NCBI GenBank assembly: GCA_963746845.1
Contig: CAVVCZ010000004.1
Span: 672,001-736,000 of the forward strand
Source of the DNA: an uncultured Chloroflexia bacterium
Lineage (GTDB): Bacteria > Chloroflexota > Limnocylindria > Limnocylindrales > CSP1-4
Direction: 5' to 3'
DNA length: 64,000 nt
Part shown: piece by piece, positions 30,349 to 42,024 of the stretch
How positions within the stretch are numbered: the first letter of the stretch is position 1
Layout of the letters: each line of letters begins with the position of its first letter
Notes under the pieces: model-generated
Told to the model about the DNA's origin: nothing
Seen by the model: the letters and a program-made list of their open reading frames with translations, nothing else
Database searches by the model: none
Position numbers and translations under genes: made by a program

Positions 30349-31505
30349 CCGGCGCCGCCCGATTCACCGTCACGACCCCGCCGCCCGCCGACGGCGCGAC
30401 CCGGGCGCGGCTCGGCCGGCTCGCGCTGCCGCACGGCGTCGTCGAGACGCCCCAGTTCATGCCGGTCGGGACGAACGCGACGGTCAAGGCGCTCCACCCC
30501 GACGACATCCGCGAGGTCGGCGCGTCGATCATCCTCGCCAACACGTACCACCTCTACCTCCGGCCCGGTCACGAACGGATCGCGCGGCTCGGCGGGCTCC
30601 ACCGGTTCATGGCCTGGGACGGTCCGATCCTCACGGACTCCGGCGGCTTCCAGGTCGTGTCGCTCGGCGATCTCCGCGTCGTGGACGATGACGGTGTCAC
30701 GTTCCGCAGCCATCTCGACGGCTCGATCCACCGGTTCACGCCGGAGGTCGCGATCGGCGTCCAGGAGGCGCTCGGCTCGGACGTCGCGGTGGCCTTCGAC
30801 CAGCCCGTCTTCCCGAGCTCCCCACGCGACGTGGTCGCCGATGCGACCGATCGAACCCACCGCTGGGCGGAGCGCTCGCTCGCGGCACACACCCGCACCG
30901 ACCAGGCCCTGTTCGGGATCGTCCAGGGCGGCCTCGAGCCGGATCTGCGAGGCGAGAGCACACGATTCATCGCCTCGCTGCCGTTCGACGGGATCTGCAT
31001 CGGCGGGCTCGCCGGCGACGAGACGGCGGTCCAGCGCGGCGCGGCCCTGGATGTCGTCGTCCCGCTGCTCGCCGACGACCCGCGGCCGCGCTACCTCATG
31101 GGCCTGGGCTCACCGGCGGACCTGCTCGAGGCCGTCCATCGCGGGGTGGACCTCTTCGATTCGGTCCTCCCGGCCCGGGTCGCCCGGAACGGCCAGCTGT
31201 GGGTTCCGGGCGGTCGGCTGAACCTCCGGAACGCCCGCTTCCTCGACGATCCGGAGCCCGTCCAGGCGGACTGCCCGTGCCTCCTCTGCCGGTCGTTCTC
31301 GCGGGCCTATCTGGCCCATCTGCTGCGGGCCAACGAGCTCCTCGCGTACCGTCTCGCGACTTGTCACAACCTGACCTTCACCCTAGACTTCATGGCCAGG
31401 ATCCGCGCCGCTCTGGGGTCCGGAGTCTTTCCCGCTGAGCTGCCGAATCTGGCCCTGCGCGCGGGCCGGTCTAGTCGCAGTGAAGCCGCGGAGCAGTCCG
31501 CGTGA
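30345..31505 (+). CDS. tgt: tRNA-guanine transglycosylase
   Basis: TPQFMPVGT, ANTYHL, TDSGGFQV, FGIVQGG, PRYLMG, CPCLLC...HN zinc site. Confidence 0.96.
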   Translation: MTGAARFTVTTPPPADGATRARLGRLALPHGVVETPQFMPVGTNATVKALHPDDIREVGASIILANTYHLYLRPGHERIARLGGLHRFMAWDGPILTDSGGFQVVSLGDLRVVDDDGVTFRSHLDGSIHRFTPEVAIGVQEALGSDVAVAFDQPVFPSSPRDVVADATDRTHRWAERSLAAHTRTDQALFGIVQGGLEPDLRGESTRFIASLPFDGICIGGLAGDETAVQRGAALDVVVPLLADDPRPRYLMGLGSPADLLEAVHRGVDLFDSVLPARVARNGQLWVPGGRLNLRNARFLDDPEPVQADCPCLLCRSFSRAYLAHLLRANELLAYRLATCHNLTFTLDFMARIRAALGSGVFPAELPNLALRAGRSSRSEAAEQSA

Positions 31506-31515
31506 ATGGCCGTTC
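31504..31515. promoter_or_regulatory. LexA-like box upstream of small ORF-recA-recX
   Basis: GAAT-GGCC-GTTC (one mismatch to GAAC-N4-GTTC) just before a -10-like TAGCCT (31518-31523). Confidence 0.5.
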
Positions 31516-31547
31516 GGTAGCCTGCGTCCCAACGCGGAGGAGCAACG

Positions 31548-31718
31548 ATGGGCTCGCGAGATCGTCCCCACCGCGAAGCGAAGAAGAAGCCGAAGGACAA
31601 GTCGGGCCAGCCCAAGCTGTCGTCCCTGTCGGAGCCCCCGCCGATGCAGGCGGAGCTGATCCGGAAGGAACGCAAGCCCCGACGGGTCACCGAGGAAGAG
31701 ACGACCGACGAAGGCTGA
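31548..31718 (+). CDS. Small charged hypothetical protein (56 aa), missing from the ORF track
   Basis: SD GGAGGAG (31536-31542), ATG, GC3-rich codons: MGSRDRPHREAKKKPKDKSGQPKLSSLSEPPPMQAELIRKERKPRRVTEEETTDEG. Confidence 0.75.
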   Translation: MGSRDRPHREAKKKPKDKSGQPKLSSLSEPPPMQAELIRKERKPRRVTEEETTDEG

Positions 31719-31788
31719 TCGTCCGAGGTCCCGCCCGGGAGCGTGACCTGTCGGTGCGGCCACAGATCGACAGGAGCGTGACGGATCC

Positions 31789-32874
<1,086 letters not shown>

Positions 32875-32877
32875 GGC

Positions 32878-33489
32878 GTGGCGGACGCCCGACCGCGGAA
32901 GTCCGAGGCGGAACGCCGCGCGGACAAGGCCGAGGTCGATGACCCGGAGGTCGTGCTGGCCGCCGCGCTCCGGTTCCTCGAGACGCGCTCGCGATCCGTC
33001 GCCGAGGTCCGGCGCCGGCTCGCCCGGGCCGGGTATCGCGCGGATCTGGTCGAAGGCGCCATCGCCCGCCTGACCGAGCTCGGGATGCTCGACGACTCGG
33101 CGTTCGCCGCGCAGTGGGTGGAGTCCCGCGATCGTGCCCATCCCCGCGGCGAGCACGCGCTGATCGTCGAGCTCCGCCAGAAGGGCATCGACGCGCCGAC
33201 GATTGCCGCGACCCTCCGCGACCGGCGGGAGGCGGCGGTTCGATGGGACGGCAGTGTGCCGCCCGACGATCCGGAGCCGGATCCGCACCCGGACGCGGCC
33301 GCCGCCCGAAGGCTGCTCACGCGGAACGCCCGCGCGCTGGAGCGCATCGCCGACCCGCGGCAACGGCGCCAGCGTGCCTACGCGCTCCTTGCCCGCAACG
33401 GGTTCGACCCCGAGACCTGCCGCGAGGCGTCCGCGGAGCTGATCCGGGCCGCAGACGCTTCGGCGGAGGACGACGGGTCAGCCGGCTGA
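32878..33489 (+). CDS. recX: Regulatory protein RecX
   Basis: RS..EVR.RL, LDD.AFA..W, ELRQKGI, L.RNGF; follows recA. Confidence 0.9.
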   Translation: MADARPRKSEAERRADKAEVDDPEVVLAAALRFLETRSRSVAEVRRRLARAGYRADLVEGAIARLTELGMLDDSAFAAQWVESRDRAHPRGEHALIVELRQKGIDAPTIAATLRDRREAAVRWDGSVPPDDPEPDPHPDAAAARRLLTRNARALERIADPRQRRQRAYALLARNGFDPETCREASAELIRAADASAEDDGSAG

Positions 33490-34747
33490 CGGCCAGCGCG
33501 CGGCGATGGCCTCCGCGTCGCGGACGAGGCCGACGAGGTTCGCGGACCCCATGTCGACCATCCACGGCGTGCCGATGAAGGCGAGCCCGGGCACATCTGT
33601 GATCCCACCGTCCTGCTTCGGCAGCCCGAGATCGTCGATCACCGGCAACTCGATCCAGTCGAACGCCGGTCGGTAGCCGCTCGTCCAGAGGACCGTCGAG
33701 ATCCCCTCGGCGGCGAGGTCGAGCTCCGGCACCTCCGGCGGGTCGAACGGGAAGCGGTCCAGCCCGTCTTCCGGGAGGTCCTCGCCGGCTCGCTCCGCGA
33801 ACGTGTCGAAGCGGACCTTCAGGCGTTCGTTGAACGAGGTGTCGGCGGACTGGAGGTTCGCCGTCAGGTCCTCGGCGAACCGCACCCGGGTGCCGTCGGC
33901 GGCCTCGAACCGCCCGACCAGCCGCAATCCGTCGACGGCCATCCTCCGCAGGTCGACGTCGTGGCCGCCGCCGTGCCCCGACACCTGCGGGTTGCACACG
34001 AACGGCGCCCGCGGATTCATCGCCCGATCGGCGATCGGCAGCGGCGTTCCCACGGCCTCGCCGCGCGTCGCGAGCTGGCGCAGCCACCAGAAGACATCGC
34101 GCCCGCGATACCGGCGCGGCGCGCGACCGCACCGGCCGACGGCAATCGTGACCGACCGTCCGGCCGCCATCAGCTCCTCCGCGAGCTGGACGCCGGTCTG
34201 GCCGCTCCCGATGAGCAGCACCCCGCCCGTCGGCAGCGCGTCCGGGCTGCGGTAGTGGTGGGAGTGGAGCTGGAGGACCGACGGGTCGAAGGCCGCCGCG
34301 GCCTCCGGGATGTGCGGCACCTGGAACGGGCCGCCGGCGACGATGACCTCGCGGGCATCGAGATCCCCGCGGGTGGTGGTCAGGCGGAAGCCTCGCCCAC
34401 CGTCGCGCGCGACGAGCCGCGTCACATCGGTCTCGAGCTCGACCGGCGCGTCGATCGCGGCGGCGTAGGCCCGGAAGTGGTCGATCAGCTCGTCGCGCGG
34501 CATGAACCCGTCCGGATCGTCGCCGCGGTACGAGAAGCCCGGGAACGGTGGTCGTCCAGTTCGGCGACACGAGGCGGAAGGCGTCCCAGCGGTCCTGCCA
34601 GCCGCCGCCGAGGCTCGTGCGCCGGTCGAGGACGACGTGCTCCCGGCCGGCCTCGCTCAGCAACCGGCTCATGATCAGTCCGGCCTGGCCCGCACCGACC
34701 ACGACGACGTCGATCGATCGCGCCTCCCCGGCCGTGTGCTCTGCCAT
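33478..34747 (-). CDS. Flavin-dependent monooxygenase-like oxidoreductase, apparent +1 frameshift near 34547
   Basis: VVGAGQAG...RWDAF.LV.PNW in one frame; [36 protein letters not shown] in the next frame. Confidence 0.8.
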
Positions 34748-34809
34748 CGACACCCCCGTGAGCGTCACCGCCCCGTCGGGGCGCCTCGGCCCGACCGGCC
34801 GCACCGTAG

Positions 34810-34984
34810 TAGGCTACGTCCCAGATTTCAACAGCGTCGCTCCGAGGCGGCGCGGGGCCCAGGAAACCCGGCGTTCGTCACCGCCCACGACCGGCCCATC
34901 GGTCGATGTCGCCGTTCCCGGCGCGAGCGACGCCGCACAACCGACGTCAACCTCCGGCCCTCCGGCGCCGGACGGGAGGTACAG
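34810..34984 (+). promoter_or_regulatory. Promoter and structured 5' leader of rny
   Basis: -10-like TAGGCT (34810-34815); stem GCGTCGCTC (34834-34842)/GAGCGACGC (34925-34933) closing inner hairpins; ACCTCC (34950-34955) can pair with SD GGAGGT (34975-34980). Confidence 0.45.
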
Positions 34985-36514
34985 ATGGAGACACCGGTCG
35001 TCATCGCCGTGGCGCTTGCCGCAGCGATCGGCGGCGTCGTGCTCGGCATGATCATCCGCGGGATGTTCGCGTCCCAGGCGATGAAGACGGCGCAGTCCGA
35101 GGCACGGCGGATCGAGGCCGAGGCGCGCGCCCGCCAGAAGGAGCTGATCCTCGAGGCGAAGGACGAGAAGCTTCGTCTCGGGCGCGAGGCCGAGGACGAG
35201 GCCCGTGCCCGGCGGAACGAGCTGAGCACGCTCGAGCGTCGCCTGCTCGCCCGCGACGAGCAGCTCGACCAGCGGACGGACATGCTCGAGCAGCGTGACC
35301 GCAAGCTCCTCGAACGCGAACGCGATCTCGACAAGACCCGCGAGGATCTTGCGAAGGCCCACCAGGAGCAGGTCGAGGCACTCGAGCGGGTGAGCGGCGT
35401 CAGCGCCGAGGACGCCAAGAGCCTGCTGCTCGAGGCCGTCCGTGAGGAGGCCGAGCACGACGCGGTGAAGCTCGCCCGGTCGATCGATCGGCGGGCCCGC
35501 GAGGAGGCCGAGGAGAAGGCCCGCGACATCGTCGTCACGGCGATCCAGCGGGTCGCCGCCGACCACACCGCCGAGCACACGGTCACCGTCGTCCACCTGC
35601 CGAACGACGAGATGAAGGGCCGGATCATCGGCCGCGAGGGTCGCAACATCCGCGCACTGGAGCAGGCCACCGGTGTCGACCTGATCATCGACGACACCCC
35701 GGAATCGGTCGTCCTGTCGGGGTTCGATCCCGTCCGTCGCGAGATCGCCCGCCTCGCCCTCACGAAGCTGATCGGCGACGGCCGCATCCACCCGGGCCGG
35801 ATCGAGGAGGTCGTCGCGAAGGCCCGGGCTGAGGTCGACCTGATCATCCGCCAGGCGGGCGAGACCGCCGCGTACGAGGCCGGCGTGCCCGGCCTGCCGC
35901 CCGAGCTGATCAAGCTCCTCGGCCGGCTGAAGTACCGCACCAGCTACGGCCAGAACGTCCTCAACCACGTCGTCGAGACGTCGCGTCTCGCGGCCGTCAT
36001 CGCGGCCGAGGTAGGTGCCGACGTCCAGATCGCGAAGACGGGCGGGCTGCTCCACGACATCGGCAAGGCGGTCGACCACGAGGTCGAGGGCCCGCATGCC
36101 GCGATCGGGGCGCAGATCGCCCAGCGGAACAACCTCTCGCCGAAGATCGTGAACGGGATCGCCGCCCACCACCAGGAGGTCGAGTACACCTGCCTCGAGT
36201 CGCCGATCGTCCAGATCGCCGATGCGATCAGCGCCTCGCGACCGGGTGCCCGTGGCGAGACGATGGACGCGTACGTCAAGCGGCTGGAGGACCTCCAGGC
36301 GATCGCAGACAGCTTCCAGGGGGTCGAACGCTCGTTCGCGGTCCAGGCCGGCCGCGAGGTCCGGATCCTCGTCCGTCCGGAGGAGATCGACGACCTGACG
36401 GCGACGCGTCTCGCGCGCGACATCGTCCGCAAGATCGAGGAGCAGCTGACCTACCCGGGCCAGATCAAGGTCACGGTCATCCGCGAGACCCGCGCCGTGG
36501 AGTACGCCAAGTAG
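34985..36514 (+). CDS. rny: Ribonuclease Y
   Basis: N-terminal TM, coiled coil, KH domain ([14 protein letters not shown]), HD domain (LLHDIGK), [17 protein letters not shown]. Confidence 0.98.
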   Translation: METPVVIAVALAAAIGGVVLGMIIRGMFASQAMKTAQSEARRIEAEARARQKELILEAKDEKLRLGREAEDEARARRNELSTLERRLLARDEQLDQRTDMLEQRDRKLLERERDLDKTREDLAKAHQEQVEALERVSGVSAEDAKSLLLEAVREEAEHDAVKLARSIDRRAREEAEEKARDIVVTAIQRVAADHTAEHTVTVVHLPNDEMKGRIIGREGRNIRALEQATGVDLIIDDTPESVVLSGFDPVRREIARLALTKLIGDGRIHPGRIEEVVAKARAEVDLIIRQAGETAAYEAGVPGLPPELIKLLGRLKYRTSYGQNVLNHVVETSRLAAVIAAEVGADVQIAKTGGLLHDIGKAVDHEVEGPHAAIGAQIAQRNNLSPKIVNGIAAHHQEVEYTCLESPIVQIADAISASRPGARGETMDAYVKRLEDLQAIADSFQGVERSFAVQAGREVRILVRPEEIDDLTATRLARDIVRKIEEQLTYPGQIKVTVIRETRAVEYAK

Positions 36515-37563
36515 GCAGGGCGCTCGCCTCGCTCGGCGTCCTGCTGCTCCTGGGTGGCTGCTCGAGCGGGCCTGCCGCCACGTCCGGCCCACTGTCTCAG
36601 GGGCCATCGCCGTCGGCCGTGGCCTCGACGGTGCCGTCCCCGACCGCGACGCCCGTTCCGTCAGCCGCCGCGTCGCCGTCCCCGAGCCTTCCCGGCATCG
36701 TGACGCTCGAGTCGATATCCGGGGTGATCCCGATCACCGGCATCGGTCAGCCGGACTGGGTGTCGATCGCGGGCGACTCGGCCTGGGCGGCCGGCGTCGG
36801 AGACGGGATCGGCCGGTTCGACCTCGCGACCGGTCGGCAGAAGGGGACAACGAAGCTCGGTGGGGTCTGCCTCGCGATGGACGTCGGGTTCGACTCGTTG
36901 TGGGTCGGCGATTGCGACGCTCGAACGCTCGTCCGGATCAACCCGAAGACCGGAAAGGTCGCCGCGACGATCCAGCTCACCGGCACGCCGGACGAGGAGT
37001 CCTCCGTCGCGGCCGGCGAAGGGTCCGTGTGGATCACGGTCAACGGCCCGCCGACGCTCCTCCGGATCGATCCGAAGACGAACAAGATCGTCGCCTCGGT
37101 GACGCCGCTGACCTCGCCCGCGGCGCTTCGGGCCGGCCTTGGCGGGCTCTGGCTGGTGTCCGACGCGAACAAGGTCGTCCGGCTCGACGCGACGAGCGGG
37201 TCGGTCGTCGCCGAGATCCCCGTTGGGCGGGGGTCGCGGTTCACGGCGGTGGGGGGCGGCGCGGTCTGGGTTCTGAACCAGAGCGACGGCACCGTCTCGC
37301 GCATCGATCCCGGGACGAACACGGTGGTGGCGACCATCCCCGTCTCGGCGCGCCCGGTCGAGGGCGGCGACATGGCCTTCGGTGGGGGCTTCGCCTGGGC
37401 GCGGGTGAGCGACTCGCTCGTCGCGCAGATCGACCCGGCAACGAACACCGTCGTTCGGAGGCTCGGCGAGTCCGCGGGCAGCGGCTCCGTCGCGGCCGAT
37501 GACAAGGCTGTCTGGATCAGCGCCCACGACGTCCACACGCTCTGGCGCGTCCCCCTCGGCTGA
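36511..37563 (+). CDS. Lipoprotein with Vgb/YncE-like beta-propeller repeats; start codon uncertain
   Basis: Repeated G.GSLWV...RIDP.T.KV.A.I blades; in-frame lipobox LLLLGGC lies upstream of the first GTG (36619). Confidence 0.75.
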   Translation, partial: VGRALASLGVLLLLGGCSSGPAATSGPLSQGPSPSAVASTVPSPTATPVPSAAASPSPSLPGIVTLESISGVIPITGIGQPDWVSIAGDSAWAAGVGDGIGRFDLATGRQKGTTKLGGVCLAMDVGFDSLWVGDCDARTLVRINPKTGKVAATIQLTGTPDEESSVAAGEGSVWITVNGPPTLLRIDPKTNKIVASVTPLTSPAALRAGLGGLWLVSDANKVVRLDATSGSVVAEIPVGRGSRFTAVGGGAVWVLNQSDGTVSRIDPGTNTVVATIPVSARPVEGGDMAFGGGFAWARVSDSLVAQIDPATNTVVRRLGESAGSGSVAADDKAVWISAHDVHTLWRVPLG

Positions 37564-37618
37564 GTGTCGCTGCCGGCCTTCGGCACGAAGGCAGGTTGCG
37601 TCCGGTATCGTCCCGACC

Positions 37619-38500
37619 GTGACCCACGAGCAGCCCGCGAACGGCGCCATCGGGCGGACGCGGCCCGGCAACCCTCCGAACGGCGACGCGCCGCGGCCGC
37701 CGGGTGCCGTCCGGGTGCTGATGATCGGCGACTTGATCGGCAAGCCCGGCCGGGTCGCCGTGGAGCAGCTGCTCCCGGCGCTCCGCGAGGAGCGTGGGAT
37801 CGACTTCGTGACCGCGAACGGCGAGAACGTCGCCGGTGGGATGGGGCTGACGCCGTCCACCGCCGAGTCCCTGTACGGCGCCGGCGTCGACGTGATCACG
37901 TCCGGCAACCACATCTGGGACAAGCGCGAGATCTACCCGTTCCTCGACGCGAGCGACCGCGTCCTGCGGCCCTTGAACTACGGCACCCGTGAGGTCCCCG
38001 GGCGCGGCTGGGGCGTGTACGAGGCCCTCGACGGCACGGACCTCGCGGTGATCAACCTCCAGGGGCGGACATACATGCAGCAGATCGAGAACCCGTTCAC
38101 GGACGCGGACGCCCTGCTGGACGAGTCGTCGGAGCCGCTGCCGCCCGTGCGACTCGTCGACTTCCACTGCGAGCTGACGTCCGAGAAGAACGCCCTCGGG
38201 CTGCACCTCGACGGCCGGGTGAGCGCAGTCGTCGGGACCCACACGCATGTCGTCACCGGCGACGAGCGGATCCTGCCCGGCGGCACGGCGTACCAGACGG
38301 ACCTCGGGATGACCGGGCCGATCTGGAGCGTCATCGGGTTCGACCCGAAGACCGTCCTGCCGCGGTTCATCAACGCCCTGCCGACGCGGTTCGAGGTCGG
38401 GGACGGGCCCGTGATCTTCAACGCGGCCCAGATCGACATCGACCCGGCGACGGGCCGCGCGCTCGCCATCGAGCGGATCGCCCGGCTGATCGAGGTCTGA
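37619..38500 (+). CDS. ymdB: YmdB/TIGR00282 metallophosphoesterase
   Basis: IGD.IG.PG, NGEN, TSGNHIWD, VDFH.E.TSEK, GTHTHV, TDLGMTG; near rny as in Firmicutes. Confidence 0.93.
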   Translation: MTHEQPANGAIGRTRPGNPPNGDAPRPPGAVRVLMIGDLIGKPGRVAVEQLLPALREERGIDFVTANGENVAGGMGLTPSTAESLYGAGVDVITSGNHIWDKREIYPFLDASDRVLRPLNYGTREVPGRGWGVYEALDGTDLAVINLQGRTYMQQIENPFTDADALLDESSEPLPPVRLVDFHCELTSEKNALGLHLDGRVSAVVGTHTHVVTGDERILPGGTAYQTDLGMTGPIWSVIGFDPKTVLPRFINALPTRFEVGDGPVIFNAAQIDIDPATGRALAIERIARLIEV

Positions 38501-38502
38501 TC

Positions 38503-39438
38503 GTGGCCCGTCAAGGCCGCCACGCCGCCCGCGCCACGGCGCTCGCGACGGCCACGGAGCCCGGCGGGTCGACCGTCGACCTCCATACCCATACGCTCCG
38601 CTCGGACGGCGTCCTCCAGCCGGTCGAGCTCGTCCGCGCGGCTGCGGACGCCGGGATCCGCACCCTCGCGATCACCGACCACGATAACCTCGCCGCGTAC
38701 CGCGAGCTCGTCCTCGCACGCGCGCTGCCGGCCGCGATGGAGCTCATCCCCGGGGTCGAGATCAACGCCCTCGCCCGCGGGATCCCGCTCCAGGACGGCG
38801 AGCTCCACATCCTCGGCTTCGGGATGGACGCGGACGACGAGGCGTTCGAGGCCGGTCTCGCGGGTCAGCGCGCAGCCCGCCGGGTCCGGTTCGAGAAGAC
38901 CGTTGACCGGCTCCGGGAGCTCGGGCTCGGCGTGGATGCGCAGCTCGAGCACCTGGATCTCACCCGTGACGACGCGCTCGGCCGGCCGACGATCGGCCGG
39001 GCCCTGATCGCTGCCGGTCACGCCGTGAGCGTCGAGGACGCATTCCGGCGGCTGATCGGCTGGGGCTGTCCCGCGTACGTGCCGCGCAAGGGGATGGGAC
39101 CGCGCGAGGCGATCGATGCGATCCGGGCGGCCGGCGGGGTGCCCTCGCTCGCGCACTTCTCCGAGGCGCCCTCGCAGATGCCGCTCCTTCGCGAGCTTCG
39201 CGAGATGGGGTTGGCCGGGCTCGAGGTGTACTACATCTCGTTCGACCGCGACACTGTGGAGCTCATGGGCTCGGTCGCGCGGCAGATCGGGTTGATCGCC
39301 ACCGGCGGCTCGGACTATCACGGCGACACGACGACCTACGCCGAGACCCACGCCGCGCTGAACATCCCGGACGCGGTCGCCGACGAGCTCCGGGAGGCGA
39401 TCGCGGCGGCAGCCTCGCGTACCATGCCCGGACGATGA
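38503..39438 (+). CDS. PHP domain phosphoesterase (TrpH/YciV-like)
   Basis: DLHTHT..SDG, AITDHD, GVEI, HILG, LAH, TGGSDYHG. Confidence 0.9.
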   Translation: MARQGRHAARATALATATEPGGSTVDLHTHTLRSDGVLQPVELVRAAADAGIRTLAITDHDNLAAYRELVLARALPAAMELIPGVEINALARGIPLQDGELHILGFGMDADDEAFEAGLAGQRAARRVRFEKTVDRLRELGLGVDAQLEHLDLTRDDALGRPTIGRALIAAGHAVSVEDAFRRLIGWGCPAYVPRKGMGPREAIDAIRAAGGVPSLAHFSEAPSQMPLLRELREMGLAGLEVYYISFDRDTVELMGSVARQIGLIATGGSDYHGDTTTYAETHAALNIPDAVADELREAIAAAASRTMPGR

Positions 39439-41072
39439 CGCTCACCCGCCCGTCCGGTCGCGCGCTGCCCGTGCTCGACGTCGTCGCGCCCGGTGCGTCC
39501 GCGACGCCGGCCGCGCCGCTCGAGGCCGCGGACCCACGCCTGGCCGAATACCGGCCGGAGGCGCCGGCCCTCCCGTCGTTCCACGTCTGGACGCTCGGCT
39601 GCCAGATGAACCGGAGCGACTCGGAGGAGATGGCCGGCCGCCTCCTCGCCGCGGGATGCGCGGAAGCGTCGTCCATGGACAGGGCGGACCTCGTCGTCAT
39701 CAATACCTGCGCGATCCGCGAGGCGGCCGAGCAGAAGGTGATCGGCCGGCAGGGTCATCTGCAGCGTCTGAAGGCCGCGAACCCGGGGATGCGGGTCGTG
39801 CTCACGGGGTGCGCAGTCCGCGAGCCGGATCGCGCTGGACTGCGGCGGCGGTTCCCGGCGGTGGACCTGTTCCTTCGACCCGACGAGGAGCCGGAGCTCG
39901 TCGACCGGCTCGGGCTGGCGTCGGCGCAGGGCGCGATCGGGCTGGCGAGCGCCGCGACGACCGTCGTCGGCCGGGTGACGGTCGGGGCGGCCGATCACCT
40001 GCCGGGCACGCGGGCGAGTGCCATCGCGGCCGACGCCGTTCGTCGCGAGTCGGCGATCAGCGCCTGGCTGCCGATCGTGTACGGCTGCGACAAGACCTGC
40101 ACCTACTGCATCGTGCCGTTCAGCCGCGGCCCCGAGCGGAGCCGCTCGTTCGACGCCATCGTCGACGAGGCCCGATCGCTCGCCGCCGCCGGCTACCGCG
40201 AGGTCACGCTCCTCGGCCAGAACGTCAACTCGTACGGGCACGACCTGCCGGCCGAGCCGCGGTTCGCCGACGTCGACACCGATCGCTGGGCAGGGCGCCG
40301 CCTGGACCTCCACGGACGGCCGGATCTCGCGGCCCTGATCCGGGCGATCGACGGGATCCGGACGGCGGACGGGGTCCCGGCGATCCCACGCCTGCGGTTC
40401 GTGACGTCCCATCCGTGGGACCTCTCGGACCGGCTGATCGGCGCGATGGCCGACTGCCCGTCGATCTGCGCCCACCTGCATCTCCCGGTCCAGTCCGGTG
40501 ACGACACGGTGCTCCGGCGGATGGGCCGGCAGTACACGACCGAGCACTATCTCGAGCGGCTGGCGCGGATCCGCGCGGCGGTCCCAGGGATCGCGATCTC
40601 GACCGACGTGATCGTCGGGTTCTGCGGCGAGACGGACGCGCAGTTCCGCTCCACGCTGCGACTCCTCGAGACGGTCCGGTACGACCAGGTGTTCGCCGCG
40701 GCATACTCCGAGCGGCCTGGAACGCCCGCCACCCACCTCGCGGACGATGTCCCACCCGACGTGAAGCGCGCGCGGCTGAACGAGCTGCTCGCGGTCCAGG
40801 AGGCGATCGGGCTCGAGCGGAACCGGGCATGGGTGGGACGCGAGGTCGAGGTGCTCGTCGACGCGGTGACGCCGCCCCGAAGCCACGACCACGACGACGG
40901 GCACGACGCCGGATCCGCGGCGGCCTCCACAGGCCCGCGGGTGTCCGGGCGGAGCCGCCAGAACAAGCTGGTCCACCTGGCGGGCGGGCCCGAGCTGGTC
41001 GGCAAGCTCGTCACCGCCCGGATCGAGCACGCCGGACCGTACGCACTCCGAGGCGTCCTGGTCTCCGCGTGA
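39435..41072 (+). CDS. miaB: tRNA-2-methylthio-N6-dimethylallyladenosine synthase
   Basis: GCQMN..DSE, NTCAIRE.AE, CDKTCTYC radical SAM motif, SHPWD, HLPVQSG, TRAM domain. Confidence 0.95.
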   Translation: MTLTRPSGRALPVLDVVAPGASATPAAPLEAADPRLAEYRPEAPALPSFHVWTLGCQMNRSDSEEMAGRLLAAGCAEASSMDRADLVVINTCAIREAAEQKVIGRQGHLQRLKAANPGMRVVLTGCAVREPDRAGLRRRFPAVDLFLRPDEEPELVDRLGLASAQGAIGLASAATTVVGRVTVGAADHLPGTRASAIAADAVRRESAISAWLPIVYGCDKTCTYCIVPFSRGPERSRSFDAIVDEARSLAAAGYREVTLLGQNVNSYGHDLPAEPRFADVDTDRWAGRRLDLHGRPDLAALIRAIDGIRTADGVPAIPRLRFVTSHPWDLSDRLIGAMADCPSICAHLHLPVQSGDDTVLRRMGRQYTTEHYLERLARIRAAVPGIAISTDVIVGFCGETDAQFRSTLRLLETVRYDQVFAAAYSERPGTPATHLADDVPPDVKRARLNELLAVQEAIGLERNRAWVGREVEVLVDAVTPPRSHDHDDGHDAGSAAASTGPRVSGRSRQNKLVHLAGGPELVGKLVTARIEHAGPYALRGVLVSA

Positions 41073-42008
41073 CGGCCGCGCCGCCGCTCCTCGTGATCGC
41101 CGGCGCCACCGCGACCGGCAAGACCGGACTGGCGATCGAGGTCGCGGAGCGCCTGGCGGGGGAGGGGATCGGCGCCGAGATCATCTCGGCCGACTCGCGC
41201 CAGGTGTATCGAGGGCTGGACATCGGCACGGCAAAGGCGACGCCCGCGGAGCGGCGCGGGATCCCGCACCACGGCCTCGACCTGGTCGACCCGGATCAGC
41301 CGTTCACCGTCGCGGACTTCGCGACCCACGCCCGCGAGATCCTGGCGGACATCGCGCGGCGTGGCGACGTCGCGATCCTCGCCGGGGGCACGGGCCTCTA
41401 CCTGCGCGCCGTCGCCCGCGGCCTCCCGACCGAGAGCCTGCCGGCGGACCCCGACGTTCGGGCCCGGCTGGAGGCGGAGTTCCTGGCGGTCGGGCTGGAG
41501 CCCCTCGTCGAGCGGTTGCGATCGGTGGCCCCCGGCCGGGCGGCCGCCATCGACACCGCGAACCCGCGCCGGGTCGTCCGGGCCCTCGAGATCGTCGAAG
41601 TCAGCGGCGGAGATCCGACGCTGCCGCCGCCACGAGGCTACGCCGGGCCGGTCGGCTGGATCGGCTTGACCGTGGATCCGGCCATCCATCGAACCTGGAT
41701 CGATCGACGTGCTCGTGCCCAGTTCGATGCCGGCCTCGTCGACGAGGCTCGCGCGCTCCGCGAGCGGTTCGACCCGGCCCTTCCCGCCTTCTCCGCGATC
41801 GGCTACCGCGAGGCCTGGGGAGTGATCGACGGTGAGCTGACGCTCGAAGGCGGCAGTGGCCGAGGACTCCCGCCGGAACCAGGCGTTCGCGAAGCGTCAG
41901 CGGACGTGGTTCCGGGCTGAGCCCGACATCGCCTGGCTCGACGCGACGGACGGTCCGCCGGTCCACGATGCCCTGCGCATCGCCCGTGAGTCCTTCCTGA
42001 ACCGCTGA
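41069..42008 (+). CDS. miaA: tRNA dimethylallyltransferase, apparent +1 frameshift near 41848
   Basis: GATATGKT, SADSRQVY, GGTGLY, AIGYRE; conserved FAKRQRTWFR lies in the shifted frame ending at TGA 42008. Confidence 0.92.
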
Positions 42009-42024
42009 CGGCTATCCTTCGCCG

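Noticed and set aside
34822-34980. 6S RNA upstream of rny
   Set aside because: Predicted fold is multibranched, not a rod with a central bubble, and it runs into the rny SD with no terminator.
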